This document shows, one piece after another, positions 49,261 to 59,098 of a stretch of 64,000 nucleotides of DNA. The position numbers and the translations under genes are program-made. Source of the stretch: Polyangiales bacterium (GTDB lineage: Bacteria; Myxococcota_A; Polyangia; Polyangiales; JADJQN01); NCBI GenBank assembly GCA_964202905.1, contig CAXNJO010000005.1, positions 192,001-256,000 on the forward strand. Direction: 5' to 3'. The stretch's first letter is position 1; each line of letters opens with the position of its first letter. The notes under the pieces were generated by a model. The model saw only the letters and a list, made by a program, of their open reading frames with translations, made no database searches and was not told the DNA's origin.

Positions 49261-50117
49261 CACTCCGGGGTCCACGCCTCGAGGGCGTCGACGAAGGGCG
49301 CATCGAGCCCCGCCCGCAGGCGCGCCTCACGCGCGATCGGCCGCCCACGAAAGAGCAGCGGCGAGAGCGGCGGGGGCAGCGCCGCGCGCCACGCGGGGAA
49401 GGCGAGCCCGCCCGTGAAGCGCGCGAACCAGCGCTGCGCGAAGCGCACGTGTCCGATCTCCTCGCGCCCGACCTGCTCGACGAGCGCCGCGCCCGCCTCG
49501 TCGCCCGCGGCGCGAAAGCGCTCGGCGAAGCGCGCGGTGTGGTCGAGGTTGGCGGCCTCGAAGCCGAGCCCCATCACCGCCGCGAACGACGCCGCGTCGG
49601 GGGCCGCGGGGATGCGCTCCCAGAACCAATCGTGTACGGGGAAGTCGCCGACCGCGTGCCCGAGCGACGCGAGGTACGCGGCGTAGAGACGCATGTGCCG
49701 CGCCTCGTCGAGCGCGAGACGCGCGAGCCCGCGGCGGAAGGCGGCCGGGGTCTCGGGGAAGGCGAGGATCGCCCAGCAGAACAGCTCCGCGGCCTGCAAC
49801 TCGTGGTGCAGGAACGTGTGCATCAGCTCTGCGCGGCGGGACGGGCTGCGCAACGCCTCGGCGCTCGGCGTCTTGCGCGGGCGGCCCCGCGCGGCCAGCG
49901 CAGCGGGTCGCCCGGGCTGCGCGAGGCGACGCGCGGACGGCGACGCCTCGAGCGCGCGTGGCGCGGGAGGCGGGGCGAGCTTCGCGGCGAGATCGGTGCC
50001 CACGACATAGTCGTACGCCCAGCGCTCGAGCGTGCCCGCGGCGGGCGGCGCGGTGGCCTGCACCTCAAACGGCGCGGGCGACGACGCGGAGGGGGGCGCA
50101 GGCGCGAGGATGTCCAC
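49257..50117 (-). CDS. DUF455 ferritin-like diiron protein
   Basis: PGRP, HHELQAAEL..WAIL.FP, DEARH, GDFPVH, FEAANLD, EEIGHV. Confidence 0.88.
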   Translation of the reverse strand: MDILAPAPPSASSPAPFEVQATAPPAAGTLERWAYDYVVGTDLAAKLAPPPAPRALEASPSARRLAQPGRPAALAARGRPRKTPSAEALRSPSRRAELMHTFLHHELQAAELFCWAILAFPETPAAFRRGLARLALDEARHMRLYAAYLASLGHAVGDFPVHDWFWERIPAAPDAASFAAVMGLGFEAANLDHTARFAERFRAAGDEAGAALVEQVGREEIGHVRFAQRWFARFTGGLAFPAWRAALPPPLSPLLFRGRPIAREARLRAGLDAPFVDALEAWTPEW

Positions 50118-50261
50118 GGCGCCGAGTGTCCCGCGGCGCGCCCGGAAGACAAGGTCCGCGCCACGCGGCGACGACGCGCACCGCGCGGAAGGGACGCACG
50201 ACGCGGCGCCCCGCGAGCGCGCCCCGCGCGTGCGAACTCACGGACGGCACTTGCGCGCTTG

Positions 50262-50278
50262 TTGAAATCGAATATCAA
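50262..50278. promoter_or_regulatory. Fur-box-like inverted repeat
   Basis: AT-rich TTGAAATCGAATATCAA immediately upstream of feoA. Confidence 0.7.
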
Positions 50279-50284
50279 GAGCGT

Positions 50285-50578
50285 GTGACCCAGGCCCGCG
50301 CAATCCCGCTGAACGCGCTCCCCCTCGGCCTCCCCGCGCGCGTGCGCAGCCTCGCCTGCGATCGCGCGGTGCGGCGGCGCCTGCTCGAGCTGGGGCTCCT
50401 TCCGGGCACGCAGGTCGAGGTCGTGCGGCGCGCGCCGCTCGGCGATCCGCTCGAGCTGCGCCTGCGCGGCTATCGGCTCTCGTTGCGCGCAGGCGAAGCG
50501 AGCGCGATCGAGGTCGACCCCGAGGGCGCGCCGAGCGATCCCCGCGCCGACGACGCCTCCGCGCGCGAGAAGGCCTAG
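50285..50578 (+). CDS. feoA: Ferrous iron transport protein A
   Basis: RRLLELGLLPGT.V.VVRRAPLGDPLELRLRGYRLSLR..EA. Confidence 0.95.
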   Translation: MTQARAIPLNALPLGLPARVRSLACDRAVRRRLLELGLLPGTQVEVVRRAPLGDPLELRLRGYRLSLRAGEASAIEVDPEGAPSDPRADDASAREKA

Positions 50579-50585
50579 CCGCGCG

Positions 50586-52820
50586 ATGTCCGACCCCGCA
50601 CGCCCCGCCCCCTCCGCCCGGCGGCTCGTCTACCTGCTCGGCAACCCCAACGCCGGCAAGACGACGCTCTTCAACGGGCTCGCGGGCACGCGCGCGCGGA
50701 CGGGCAACTACCCGGGCGTGACGGTCGAGCGCCGCGCCGCGGCCTGGCGCGCGGGCACGCACGACGTCGAGCTCGTCGACCTCCCGGGCACGTACAGCCT
50801 CTCGGCCAGCTCGCCCGAGGAGCGCATCGCGGCGCAGGCCGTGCTGCGCGGCGACGCGGGCGCGGTCGTGGTCGTGCTCGACGCGACGTCGCTCCAGCGC
50901 GGGCTCTACCTCGCGCTCCAACTCCGCGACAGCGGCCTGCCGCTCGTCGTCGCGCTGAACATGATGGACGAGGCGCGCGCCGCCGGGCTCCGCATCGACG
51001 CGGAGCGCCTCGCCCTCGCGCTCGACGCGGACGTGGTGCCCATCGTCGCGGCGCGCGGCGAGGGCGTCGACGCGCTCACCCGCGCCGTCGCTGCGCGGCT
51101 CGATCGCGCCGCCGACGCCGGGCCCGCCGACGCCGGCCGCGCCGCCGACGCGACCCGCGCGCACCCCGTGACGCTCGACCCCGCGACCGAGGCCGACGTC
51201 GCTGCGCTCGCCGAGGTCGCGGCGCACGCCTTCGGCCCCGAGACGCCGGCCGACCGCGCGCGCGCCTGGGCGCTCGTCGCGCTCCTCGCCGACGCCCAGG
51301 ACGAAGACGACGCGCTCCCGCCCTCCCTGCGCGTGGCGGCGCAGGCGCGTCGACGCGCGGCCGCCGAGGCGGGCCGCGACCTCGACCTCGCGATCGTCGG
51401 CGCGCGCTACGCCGCGGTCGATCGCCTCGCCGCCGAGGCCGTGCAGGCTGCGCCGCCGCGCCGCTCCCGCACCGATCGGATCGACGCCGTGCTCGTGCAC
51501 CCGGTGCTCGGGCTGCTCGTGTTCGCGGCCGTCATGTACGTCGTCTTCGAGGCGCTCTTCCGCGGAAGCGAGCCGACGGTCGCGCTCATCGAGGACGCGA
51601 TCGGCGCCGCGCAGGGCCTCGTGACGGGTGCGCTGCCCGCGGGGCCGCTGCGCGATCTGCTCACCGAGGGTGTGCTCGCCGGGGTCGGCAACGTCGTCGT
51701 CTTCGTGCCGCAGATCGGGCTGCTTTTCTTCCTCATCGCGCTGCTCGAGGACAGCGGCTACCTCGCGCGCGTCGCGTTCGTGATCGACCGCGTGATGGGC
51801 GTCGTGGGCCTGCACGGCAAGACGTTCGTGCCGCTGCTCAGCGGCTTCGCGTGCGCGGTGCCCGCGGTGATGGCGACGCGCACGATCGCCTCGCGCCGGG
51901 ACCGCCTCGTGACGATGCTCGCGCTGCCCTTGATGAGCTGCAGCGCGCGGCTGCCGATCTACGTGCTCGTGATCGCGACGGTGTTCGCGGGCGAGCCACC
52001 CATCGCGGGCGTCGTCAGCGTCGGGGCCGCGGTGCTCTTCGCGATGTACGTGCTCAGCGTCGTCGCGACGCTCGGCGTCGCCGCGGTGCTGCGGCGCACG
52101 GTGCTCCGCGGCCCGCGCCCGACGCTCGTGCTCGAGCTGCCGCCCTACCGCCTGCCGCTGCTCGGCAACCTGCTCCGCGCGACGTTCAGCCGCGTGCGCG
52201 AGTTCCTCGTCGAGGCCGGCACCGTGATCCTCGCGCTCACGATCGTGCTCTGGGCGGTGCTCTCCTTCCCGCGGAGCGACGCGGTGGAGGCCCGCCGCGA
52301 GGCCGATCGCGCGGCAGCGAGCGCGTCCCTCGAGGGCGAGGCCCGCGAGACACGCCTCGCCGAGATCGACGACGCGGCCGCGGCCGCGCAGCTCGAGCAC
52401 AGCGCCGCGGGGAGCCTCGGCAAGCTCGTCGAGCCCGCGATCGCGCCGCTCGGCATGGACTGGCGCGTCGGCATCGGCGTCATCGGCTCCTTCGCCGCGC
52501 GCGAGGTCTTCGTCTCCACGCTCGGCGTCGTCTTCGGCATCGGCGCGAGCGCCGACGAGGAGAGCCGCTCCCTGCGCGAGCGCCTGCGCGAGGCGCGCCG
52601 CAGCGACGGCTCACCGCTCTTCACGCCGCTCTCGGGCGTCGCGCTGATGATCTTCTTCGTGCTCGCCTGCCAGTGCATGAGCACCATCGCCGTCGTGCGG
52701 CGCGAGAGCGGCTCGTGGCGCTGGCCGCTCTTCATGCTCGCGTACATGTCCGCGCTCGCGTACGTCGTGACGCTCGCCGTCTACCAGCTCGGCAGCGCGC
52801 TCGGCTGGGGCGTCACCTGA
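50586..52820 (+). CDS. feoB: Ferrous iron transport protein B
   Basis: GNPNAGKTTLFN, GNYPGVTVE, DLPGTYSL, NMMD, LEDSGYLAR, GFACAVPA, MSCSARLP, FAAREV. Confidence 0.97.
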   Translation: MSDPARPAPSARRLVYLLGNPNAGKTTLFNGLAGTRARTGNYPGVTVERRAAAWRAGTHDVELVDLPGTYSLSASSPEERIAAQAVLRGDAGAVVVVLDATSLQRGLYLALQLRDSGLPLVVALNMMDEARAAGLRIDAERLALALDADVVPIVAARGEGVDALTRAVAARLDRAADAGPADAGRAADATRAHPVTLDPATEADVAALAEVAAHAFGPETPADRARAWALVALLADAQDEDDALPPSLRVAAQARRRAAAEAGRDLDLAIVGARYAAVDRLAAEAVQAAPPRRSRTDRIDAVLVHPVLGLLVFAAVMYVVFEALFRGSEPTVALIEDAIGAAQGLVTGALPAGPLRDLLTEGVLAGVGNVVVFVPQIGLLFFLIALLEDSGYLARVAFVIDRVMGVVGLHGKTFVPLLSGFACAVPAVMATRTIASRRDRLVTMLALPLMSCSARLPIYVLVIATVFAGEPPIAGVVSVGAAVLFAMYVLSVVATLGVAAVLRRTVLRGPRPTLVLELPPYRLPLLGNLLRATFSRVREFLVEAGTVILALTIVLWAVLSFPRSDAVEARREADRAAASASLEGEARETRLAEIDDAAAAAQLEHSAAGSLGKLVEPAIAPLGMDWRVGIGVIGSFAAREVFVSTLGVVFGIGASADEESRSLRERLREARRSDGSPLFTPLSGVALMIFFVLACQCMSTIAVVRRESGSWRWPLFMLAYMSALAYVVTLAVYQLGSALGWGVT

Positions 52821-52975
52821 CCTGGCAGCACGTCGCGGCCGGCGCGATCGTCGCCGCCGCCGCCGCGTACCTCGTCTGGAAGATCGCCCTCACCGCGCGC
52901 CCGCGCCGCACGCAGCGCGGCCCGGTCATCCCCGCCGCGCGCCTCGTCCGCAAACCGCGCCGCGACGCGCGTTGA
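52817..52975 (+). CDS. FeoB-associated small membrane protein
   Basis: TWQHVAAGAIVAAAAAYLVWK..; CTG start overlapping feoB TGA. Confidence 0.55.
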   Translation: MTWQHVAAGAIVAAAAAYLVWKIALTARPRRTQRGPVIPAARLVRKPRRDAR

Positions 52976-52995
52976 CCGGGAAAACAAGGCGTTCC

Positions 52996-53192
52996 GAGAC
53001 AGCCAGCCGGCTGGCCGTCTCGCGCTACGGCTCGTATGGAACGGGTCGCGCGCAGCGGGCGGACGAGCCCGCGGATGATGTCCCGGCCCACCGTGCGGCG
53101 CGGCGGTATCCCTTGACGCGGACATCGTGTCCCGCAATCCCCGCGCATCGTGGGCGCGCAGCCGCGCCGGGACAGCCAGCCGGCTGGCTGTC
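52996..53192. repeat. Two copies of a 22-bp palindrome (REP-like)
   Basis: GACAGCCAGCCGGCTGGCCGTC 52998-53019 and perfect GACAGCCAGCCGGCTGGCTGTC 53171-53192. Confidence 0.85.
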
Positions 53193-53255
53193 TGCGACGA
53201 CGCGCGACGTCGCGCCGCGTGCGCGAGGCGCGGCGATGCACTACCCCTGCGCCGC

Positions 53256-53861
53256 ATGCGCAACCTCTTCATCGCGGTCCTGATGGTCTCCCTGCTCGGC
53301 TGCGCCTCCGAGGCGCAACCCCGCGTCGACGCCGCCGCGGCCGACGCCGCAGCCGCCGACCTCGGCAGCACGGATCTGGGCAGCGCGGATCTGGGCAGCG
53401 CGGACCTGGGCAGCGCGGATCTGGGCAGTGCGGCCCCCGACGCGGCGGCCGCGGACGGCGGGTGCGTGCCGGCGCTCGCGGACATCGAATCGAATCTCGA
53501 CGGGCTGCTCTTCACGGGCGAGAGCGACTACCCGATCTCCTTGGAGCGCTTCCCCGGCAAGGGCGGCGCCGCCCCGACCGCCGCGCTCGTCGCGGAACTC
53601 TCCCTCGCGCCGGCGGGCGCGACGACCGAGACGCGCGACGCCGAGACCTTCTGGCCGCGCGTGGTCGTGGACCCGACGCGGACCCCGCCCATCCCCGACG
53701 CGCGCCCCGCGGCGCTCCGGGCGGCCGTGGAGTCCGCGCTCACGGACCTCACGCTCGTCCGCGTCATCGACCCCGCGAACCCCGTGGAGGTGCGCGTGTA
53801 CCTCGTCGGGCGGACGTGCGGCGCGCTCATCTGGCTGGCCTCGACCTCGATCGAGACCTGA
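53256..53861 (+). CDS. Nuclease A inhibitor (NuiA)-like lipoprotein
   Basis: LLGC lipobox; GLLFTGESDYP and VYLVGRT..TSIET* match NuiA-family motifs. Confidence 0.75.
   Translation: MRNLFIAVLMVSLLGCASEAQPRVDAAAADAAAADLGSTDLGSADLGSADLGSADLGSAAPDAAAADGGCVPALADIESNLDGLLFTGESDYPISLERFPGKGGAAPTAALVAELSLAPAGATTETRDAETFWPRVVVDPTRTPPIPDARPAALRAAVESALTDLTLVRVIDPANPVEVRVYLVGRTCGALIWLASTSIET
53358..53432. repeat. 15-bp tandem repeat x5 (DLGS[A/T])
   Basis: GATCTGGGCAGCGCG units. Confidence 0.92.
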
Positions 53862-53928
53862 TCGGCGCCCGGCCACAGCCGCGCGCGCGAGCCGAACCAC
53901 CCGCCGCCAACCGCACTACGCTGCGCGC

Positions 53929-54354
53929 ATGACACTCCGCCGCGCGTTCTCCATCGCCGTCTATCCGCGCTTCGAGGGGCGCGTGCTGCTCATCCGCCAC
54001 AAGCGGCTCGGCACCTGGCTCCCGCCCGGCGGCGAGCTCGAGCCGGGCGAGACCCCGCTCGAGGCCGCACGCCGCGAGCTGCGCGAAGAGACGGGGCTGG
54101 AGGGACACTTCCCGCGCACATCCCACGTCGACGGGACGCCGCTCGGCCTCATCGGCTACGAAGAACACGTCGCGGGCAGCAAGGGGCTGCACCTCAACTT
54201 CGTGTTCGTCGCCGACGTGACGACCGACGCCGTCACACCCAACGACGAGTTCGGCGAGTGGCGCTGGGTGACGGACGACGACGCGCCGTGGGACGACGCC
54301 CCGCGCAACGTGGCCGAGCTGGCGCGCATCGCCCTCGCCGCGCCGCGGGCGTGA
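53929..54354 (+). CDS. NUDIX hydrolase
   Basis: Nudix box GGELEPGETPLEAARRELREETGL. Confidence 0.93.
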   Translation: MTLRRAFSIAVYPRFEGRVLLIRHKRLGTWLPPGGELEPGETPLEAARRELREETGLEGHFPRTSHVDGTPLGLIGYEEHVAGSKGLHLNFVFVADVTTDAVTPNDEFGEWRWVTDDDAPWDDAPRNVAELARIALAAPRA

Positions 54355-54434
54355 GACGCACGACACCGCGCACCTCGCCCGTGCGCCGCGCGACCGTTGA
54401 CGCGACGCCACCGCTCCTCGATGCTCTCGCGACG

Positions 54435-55061
54435 ATGCCGCTCCCCGACCCGTCCTCCGCGCGCACCCGCCGCGGCGTGACCGCGCTGCTCGCGCTCGCG
54501 GGCGTCGCGTGCCTCGCCGCCGCCGCCACCGCGCAGACACCGCCGGGCGCCCCACAGAACGCGCGCACGACGCCGGGCGCGCAGCAGGCGCAGAGCGCCC
54601 CCGCGCCGCGTGCGCAGCCTGCGCGGGGCGCGTCGGCCGCGCAGCCTGCCCCGGCCGCCCCGCCCGCCCCGCCTGCGACGGACGTGCCCGCCGGCATGTA
54701 CCGCGTCGACCTCCACGTGCGCGGCGTGCGCGGCCGCTCAGGCTTCATCCGCGGCGGTCTCTACGACGGACCACGCAAATGGGCCGAAGAGCCCGGCAGC
54801 ATGGCCCACTGCGCGGCCCCGGTGCGCGGCAGCGAGGTGGTCTGCGCCTTCACGATCCCCGCGCGCCCCGGCGTCTACGCCGCGGCTTTCTATCACGACG
54901 AAAACGCCAACGACCACTTCGACACCGGCTTCCTCGGCATCCCGAAAGAGGGATACGCCTTCAGCCGCAACCCGAGCGTCGTCCTCTCCCGGCCGAGCTA
55001 CTCGAGCGCCGCCTTCCGCCTCCCCGCGACCCGCCTCCCCGTCGCGACGATGCGGTACTGA
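54435..55061 (+). CDS. DUF2141 domain secreted protein
   Basis: PGVYAAAFYHDENAN..DTGFLGIPKEGYAFSRNP. Confidence 0.88.
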   Translation: MPLPDPSSARTRRGVTALLALAGVACLAAAATAQTPPGAPQNARTTPGAQQAQSAPAPRAQPARGASAAQPAPAAPPAPPATDVPAGMYRVDLHVRGVRGRSGFIRGGLYDGPRKWAEEPGSMAHCAAPVRGSEVVCAFTIPARPGVYAAAFYHDENANDHFDTGFLGIPKEGYAFSRNPSVVLSRPSYSSAAFRLPATRLPVATMRY

Positions 55062-55171
55062 GCGACGCGCGCGCGGAGGCGGCGCGGCCCCGTCGGCGCG
55101 GTGTCAACGCCTGACGCGTGATGGCCGCGCGACGTGGATGACGGTAGGCCGCGAATGCGGTGTGCGCGCGC

Positions 55172-57723
55172 TCAGCGCGGAACCCGACACCAATCTCCAA
55201 ACTGACTTGAGGCTGCAGTCGTGAAGCGCCGGAGGCGCAAATAGAGCCGCTGCGCACCCGCGCAATCGCCCTGTTGCAAGAGAATGCCCACGCGATTCGT
55301 TCCCGTTCGCCCGATTCGTGCGCGAAGCACACGGGCCCAAGGCCCCTCCGCCGTCGAGAGTCGCTGCGCACGCTCCAGAGCATCAATCGCTCCGAGAATG
55401 TCCCCGCGATCGAGAAATGCGATCCCATCAACCGACGCGACTTCTGCGGGCGGGAGTCCCGATGGGGGCGGCAGTGCACGCGGGGCTCCGACCCCAGGCT
55501 GCGGTGCCGCAGGCGCTCGATAGGGATTGTCGTCCGGGGACACCCGAACCGAACCGATGTCGTCGAGCGCGGCAAGCGGATCGTCAGAGTCGCCATCCCC
55601 GCCCGCGACAATGGGCAGATTATCCCCAGCACCCGGAGTCGCGAGGTCCGGCAAGCGATTTCCATAGAACTCGGATTCCGAGTCTGCAGAACTCCGACTC
55701 GACGAACGGCCACGCCCCCCGCGGCGGCGCGTCGGACGGAGGATCTCTCGACCACGGACACCACGACATCCGAGGGCAGTATTTCCCACGCCGGGCTGCG
55801 CCTCGACAGGAGCCACACCGCCCCGCCCTGGCATGCCCGCTGAGAGCCGCGTCCCATGCACCGATACGACGTGCGCATCGCACAACAGAGCCACGGACGA
55901 GCCGCCGGACCCCGCGCCTCCCTGTCCGCCTTGGCCTCCGCGCCCGCCCGCGCCTCCCGCCCCGCCGGCACCCACTTCATCGGTGTCCACGGCGCCTCCA
56001 GCACCGCCTTGACCGCCCACTCCGCCTGCGCCTCCCAAACCTCCATTGCCACCGTCACCACCAGGGCCGGTTTGTATCGAAGAACTGTAGATCTCAGCGC
56101 CGCTCGCCCCACCAAGAAGCACCACTCCGAACAAACCTCCGCCGTGTTGTCCGCCCCGCCCACCGCTGCCGCCGCAGCCGCCGCTTCCTCCGCCACCACC
56201 ACCGTTTCCGACGCCATCGTGGCAGAAGAGCATGCAAGTCTCCCCGCCGCCGCCACCGCCACCACCGCCGCCGCCGCCGGGAGCGCCCGCCTCACCGGAG
56301 GCACCGTCCACGCCGGTATAGAAGCCCTCGGCATTCCACGCCCAAGGCTGTCCCGGCCCTCCCAGTTCTCCTCCCCGCCCTCGACGCCCTTGCCGCCGGG
56401 GTCTCCAAGCGAGCTCATCGCCCCCCCGCGGCCACCCATCGCGGTGCCGATGGGTTTGCCCGGGCTGGCGTATGCGTTCTCCGAACCGCCGCCCGCACCA
56501 CCCTCTCCGCCAACCGCAACGGAGCCGCAGTGCGAGCCCGCACCACGCCCTCCCACCCCGCCGACCTCACCGTCGTCATCGCCGCTTCCCGGTAATCCGG
56601 CATGACCCCGCCATCCATGGGCACCCGGGGAACCCTCGCGTCCCGGTGCTCCGGCGACCGCATGGTCGAGGCTGATAGTCACGTATCGCAGAGACAGCCC
56701 CGGACAGTTGCGACACCAGACGCCATGCACGTCGGCGCCCGGGTCGAGCGTCCCGACGCCGCTGTTGTCGATGCGCACACGCTCGATCACCGTCCGCTGA
56801 ATCACATTCTCGCCGGAAACGATCCGCAGCCAGCGACCGTGTGACCAGCGGCCCAGAATCCGTGTCTCGCCGGCTCGGCGCGTCTGGGTCCAGGCACGCC
56901 GCGCATCGAATCCGCCATGGATGGAAACCCCACTCACGACCCGGACGAACTCCCAATAATCTCCCACGGAAACCAGCACGTGATGACGACTCGTCTGCTG
57001 CGCGAGCGCCACCGCCGCATCGATCGAACCGAGCGGGTCCGCCGGGCTTCCGAGCGTGCCGCTCGCCCCTTGTCGCACGTAGACCGAGTCGGTGACGACG
57101 CCATCATAACCATCACAATCGGAGTCGACGCCGCGATCATCGATGATGTCGAGGCCGACCTTTGGTCGACACCGATATTCGCATCCATTCCAAACGAGTC
57201 CGTCCCGATCATAGAGACCGGATGGACACTGCCGCCCGCACGCGCCATCCGAACACACCGGGTTCCAGCCACCAGGCTCGGCCTCGCAGGCGTTCCCGCA
57301 CGCTCCGCAGTGCTCGACCGACCAGAGCAGGGGAGTCTCGCAACCATCCGATTCGTCCTCGTTGCAGTCCGCGGTGCCGCTCGGGCAGTAGCGCTGCTCC
57401 TCAGGGATTGCTTCTGGCGCACTGACACCCCTAGGGACGAACTGCGTGCGCGAGAGGAAGGATATCGACCTCTGTCGGAGTGGGGGTCGAGCCGCAACCA
57501 CATCGACGGAGGACACCGCCAGCGGATTGTGGCGGCCGCGCAGATGACGCTGCCAAGCAAATTCCGAAGTCACAGCGCCAAACCGGCTATCGGCTGCCTC
57601 CTGGTCCGACGCGCTCGAGCACGACGCCACGATCCATGCGAGCGCGACGAGCGCCAGTCGGACGACGCCGCGCTCGCCGACTGACCCGTGATGGCGAATT
57701 CGGACGAGGCGTTCAAGTCTCAT
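55172..57723 (-). CDS. Lipoprotein with Cys-rich repeats, DUF1565/beta-helix-like region and PGRS-like Gly-rich repeats (frameshift near 56375)
   Basis: VASC lipobox; DGCE..HCGACGNAC; DSDCDGYDG; GSPADPLGSIDAA..GVSIHGGF; GGGGGGGG..GNGGxGG tracts. Confidence 0.7.
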
Positions 57724-59092
57724 CGCTACTCTCCACGCAACGCTGCAACCGCCCACGAAGCACGTCCGCGGAGATCCGATCCTCTCCGCTCACACGTCGG
57801 AGGGCATCCAGCCCTTGCTGACCGAGGCGCCTCCGCTCGGTCGCGTCCTCCTTGACCGTGCACTGGTCGTAGAGTTCTTCCGCGCGACGCAGTTCAGGTG
57901 ACGACGCCGGCTCGATCGTCACTGTTCGCGTGTCGGGTCCACTCACCACGACCGCATGCTCACCAGGTGGAAGGTTGGAATCCGCGGGAGACGGAGTCTG
58001 CGCGACGACGACAGGGACTCCCACCGCGATGGGCGCGGCGGGGGCGTCCGGAGAGGGCGGTGCCGGCGTCACGTCGACGGCGGGCGCAGAGATGGGTGTG
58101 GCGACAATGGTCGCCGCGGTGTCTGCCGCCGCATTGGCGGCGCTCGGAGACAGGGCGTCACCCGTCCGGAGCGTGACCGTTCCCCGGCCCATCCCGTCCC
58201 ACCACGAGAGCCGGGTCACCCAGACGGCGTATTTCCCGGGTGGCGGCGCGTCGAGATCAAGCGCGAGTTCCACCGGGCGACCGCGCGCAGCGTACTGCTC
58301 CGCATGGCCCGCCTCACACGCGGAGCGCTCGCGATACTCGCTGTCGACGCAGGACTGCGTGCCGTCCGGCGCGCGCAGGATCATCGCGACGGGGAAATTC
58401 ATCTTCAGATCGACGTGCAGATGGGGCACGTCACTGCCCACTTCGAAGACGAAGGTCGGGTGCTCGGACGCGATGCCCCGACATGCCGGCTCGCCCCCCT
58501 CCCCGTTCAAGAACACGTAGCGACTCGCGGCCGGCGTCTCCCGGCAATATTCCTGCGGGGCGACGTGCACACTCTTCTCGACCGTGAGCCGATCGATCAC
58601 AGGGGCACTGGCCGGGTTGACGCGCAGCCCCTCCGGCACCGTCCCGTTCGCCACCCGGTAGTCGGCCGCGTCGTCGCAGTAGTCATTGAGCGGCGGGAGT
58701 TCGGCCGACAGCGTCCCGGTGAAGCGCGCGGCGCAGTCCTGCGGACACACCGAGCCCCAGGGCGAATGTTCCGCCGGGCTGCACCGACCATCCCCGCACT
58801 GCACCGCGGTACAAAGCTCCGCGGCGATGCCGGCTGGCCCGTCCGCCTCGCCGCGCGAACGCCACCAGTAGCCCACGGCGCTCACGACCAGCGCGAAGAC
58901 CACCCAGCGGGGCCAACGGCGCTTCGGTCGCAACGCGGTGTCGTCAACGTACTGGGGCATCGGCCTCGGCGCGGGGCTGGACGGCGGGAGCCGGATCCCG
59001 AGCGCACGACGCGCGGCGCGGCGCGCGAGGCGCGCCTGCCGGAGCGCCTCCTTCCGCGCCGCATCGCCGTCGGGAGACCACTCCTCCGACAC
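57713..59092 (-). CDS. Single-TM protein with Cys-rich motif and PPC-like beta-sandwich
   Basis: WPRWVVFALVVSAVGYWW TM; CGDGRC..CPQDC; MILRAPDG..C..PGKYAVWV. Confidence 0.65.
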   Translation of the reverse strand: MSEEWSPDGDAARKEALRQARLARRAARRALGIRLPPSSPAPRPMPQYVDDTALRPKRRWPRWVVFALVVSAVGYWWRSRGEADGPAGIAAELCTAVQCGDGRCSPAEHSPWGSVCPQDCAARFTGTLSAELPPLNDYCDDAADYRVANGTVPEGLRVNPASAPVIDRLTVEKSVHVAPQEYCRETPAASRYVFLNGEGGEPACRGIASEHPTFVFEVGSDVPHLHVDLKMNFPVAMILRAPDGTQSCVDSEYRERSACEAGHAEQYAARGRPVELALDLDAPPPGKYAVWVTRLSWWDGMGRGTVTLRTGDALSPSAANAAADTAATIVATPISAPAVDVTPAPPSPDAPAAPIAVGVPVVVAQTPSPADSNLPPGEHAVVVSGPDTRTVTIEPASSPELRRAEELYDQCTVKEDATERRRLGQQGLDALRRVSGEDRISADVLRGRLQRCVESSDET

Positions 59093-59098
59093 TCCCGC

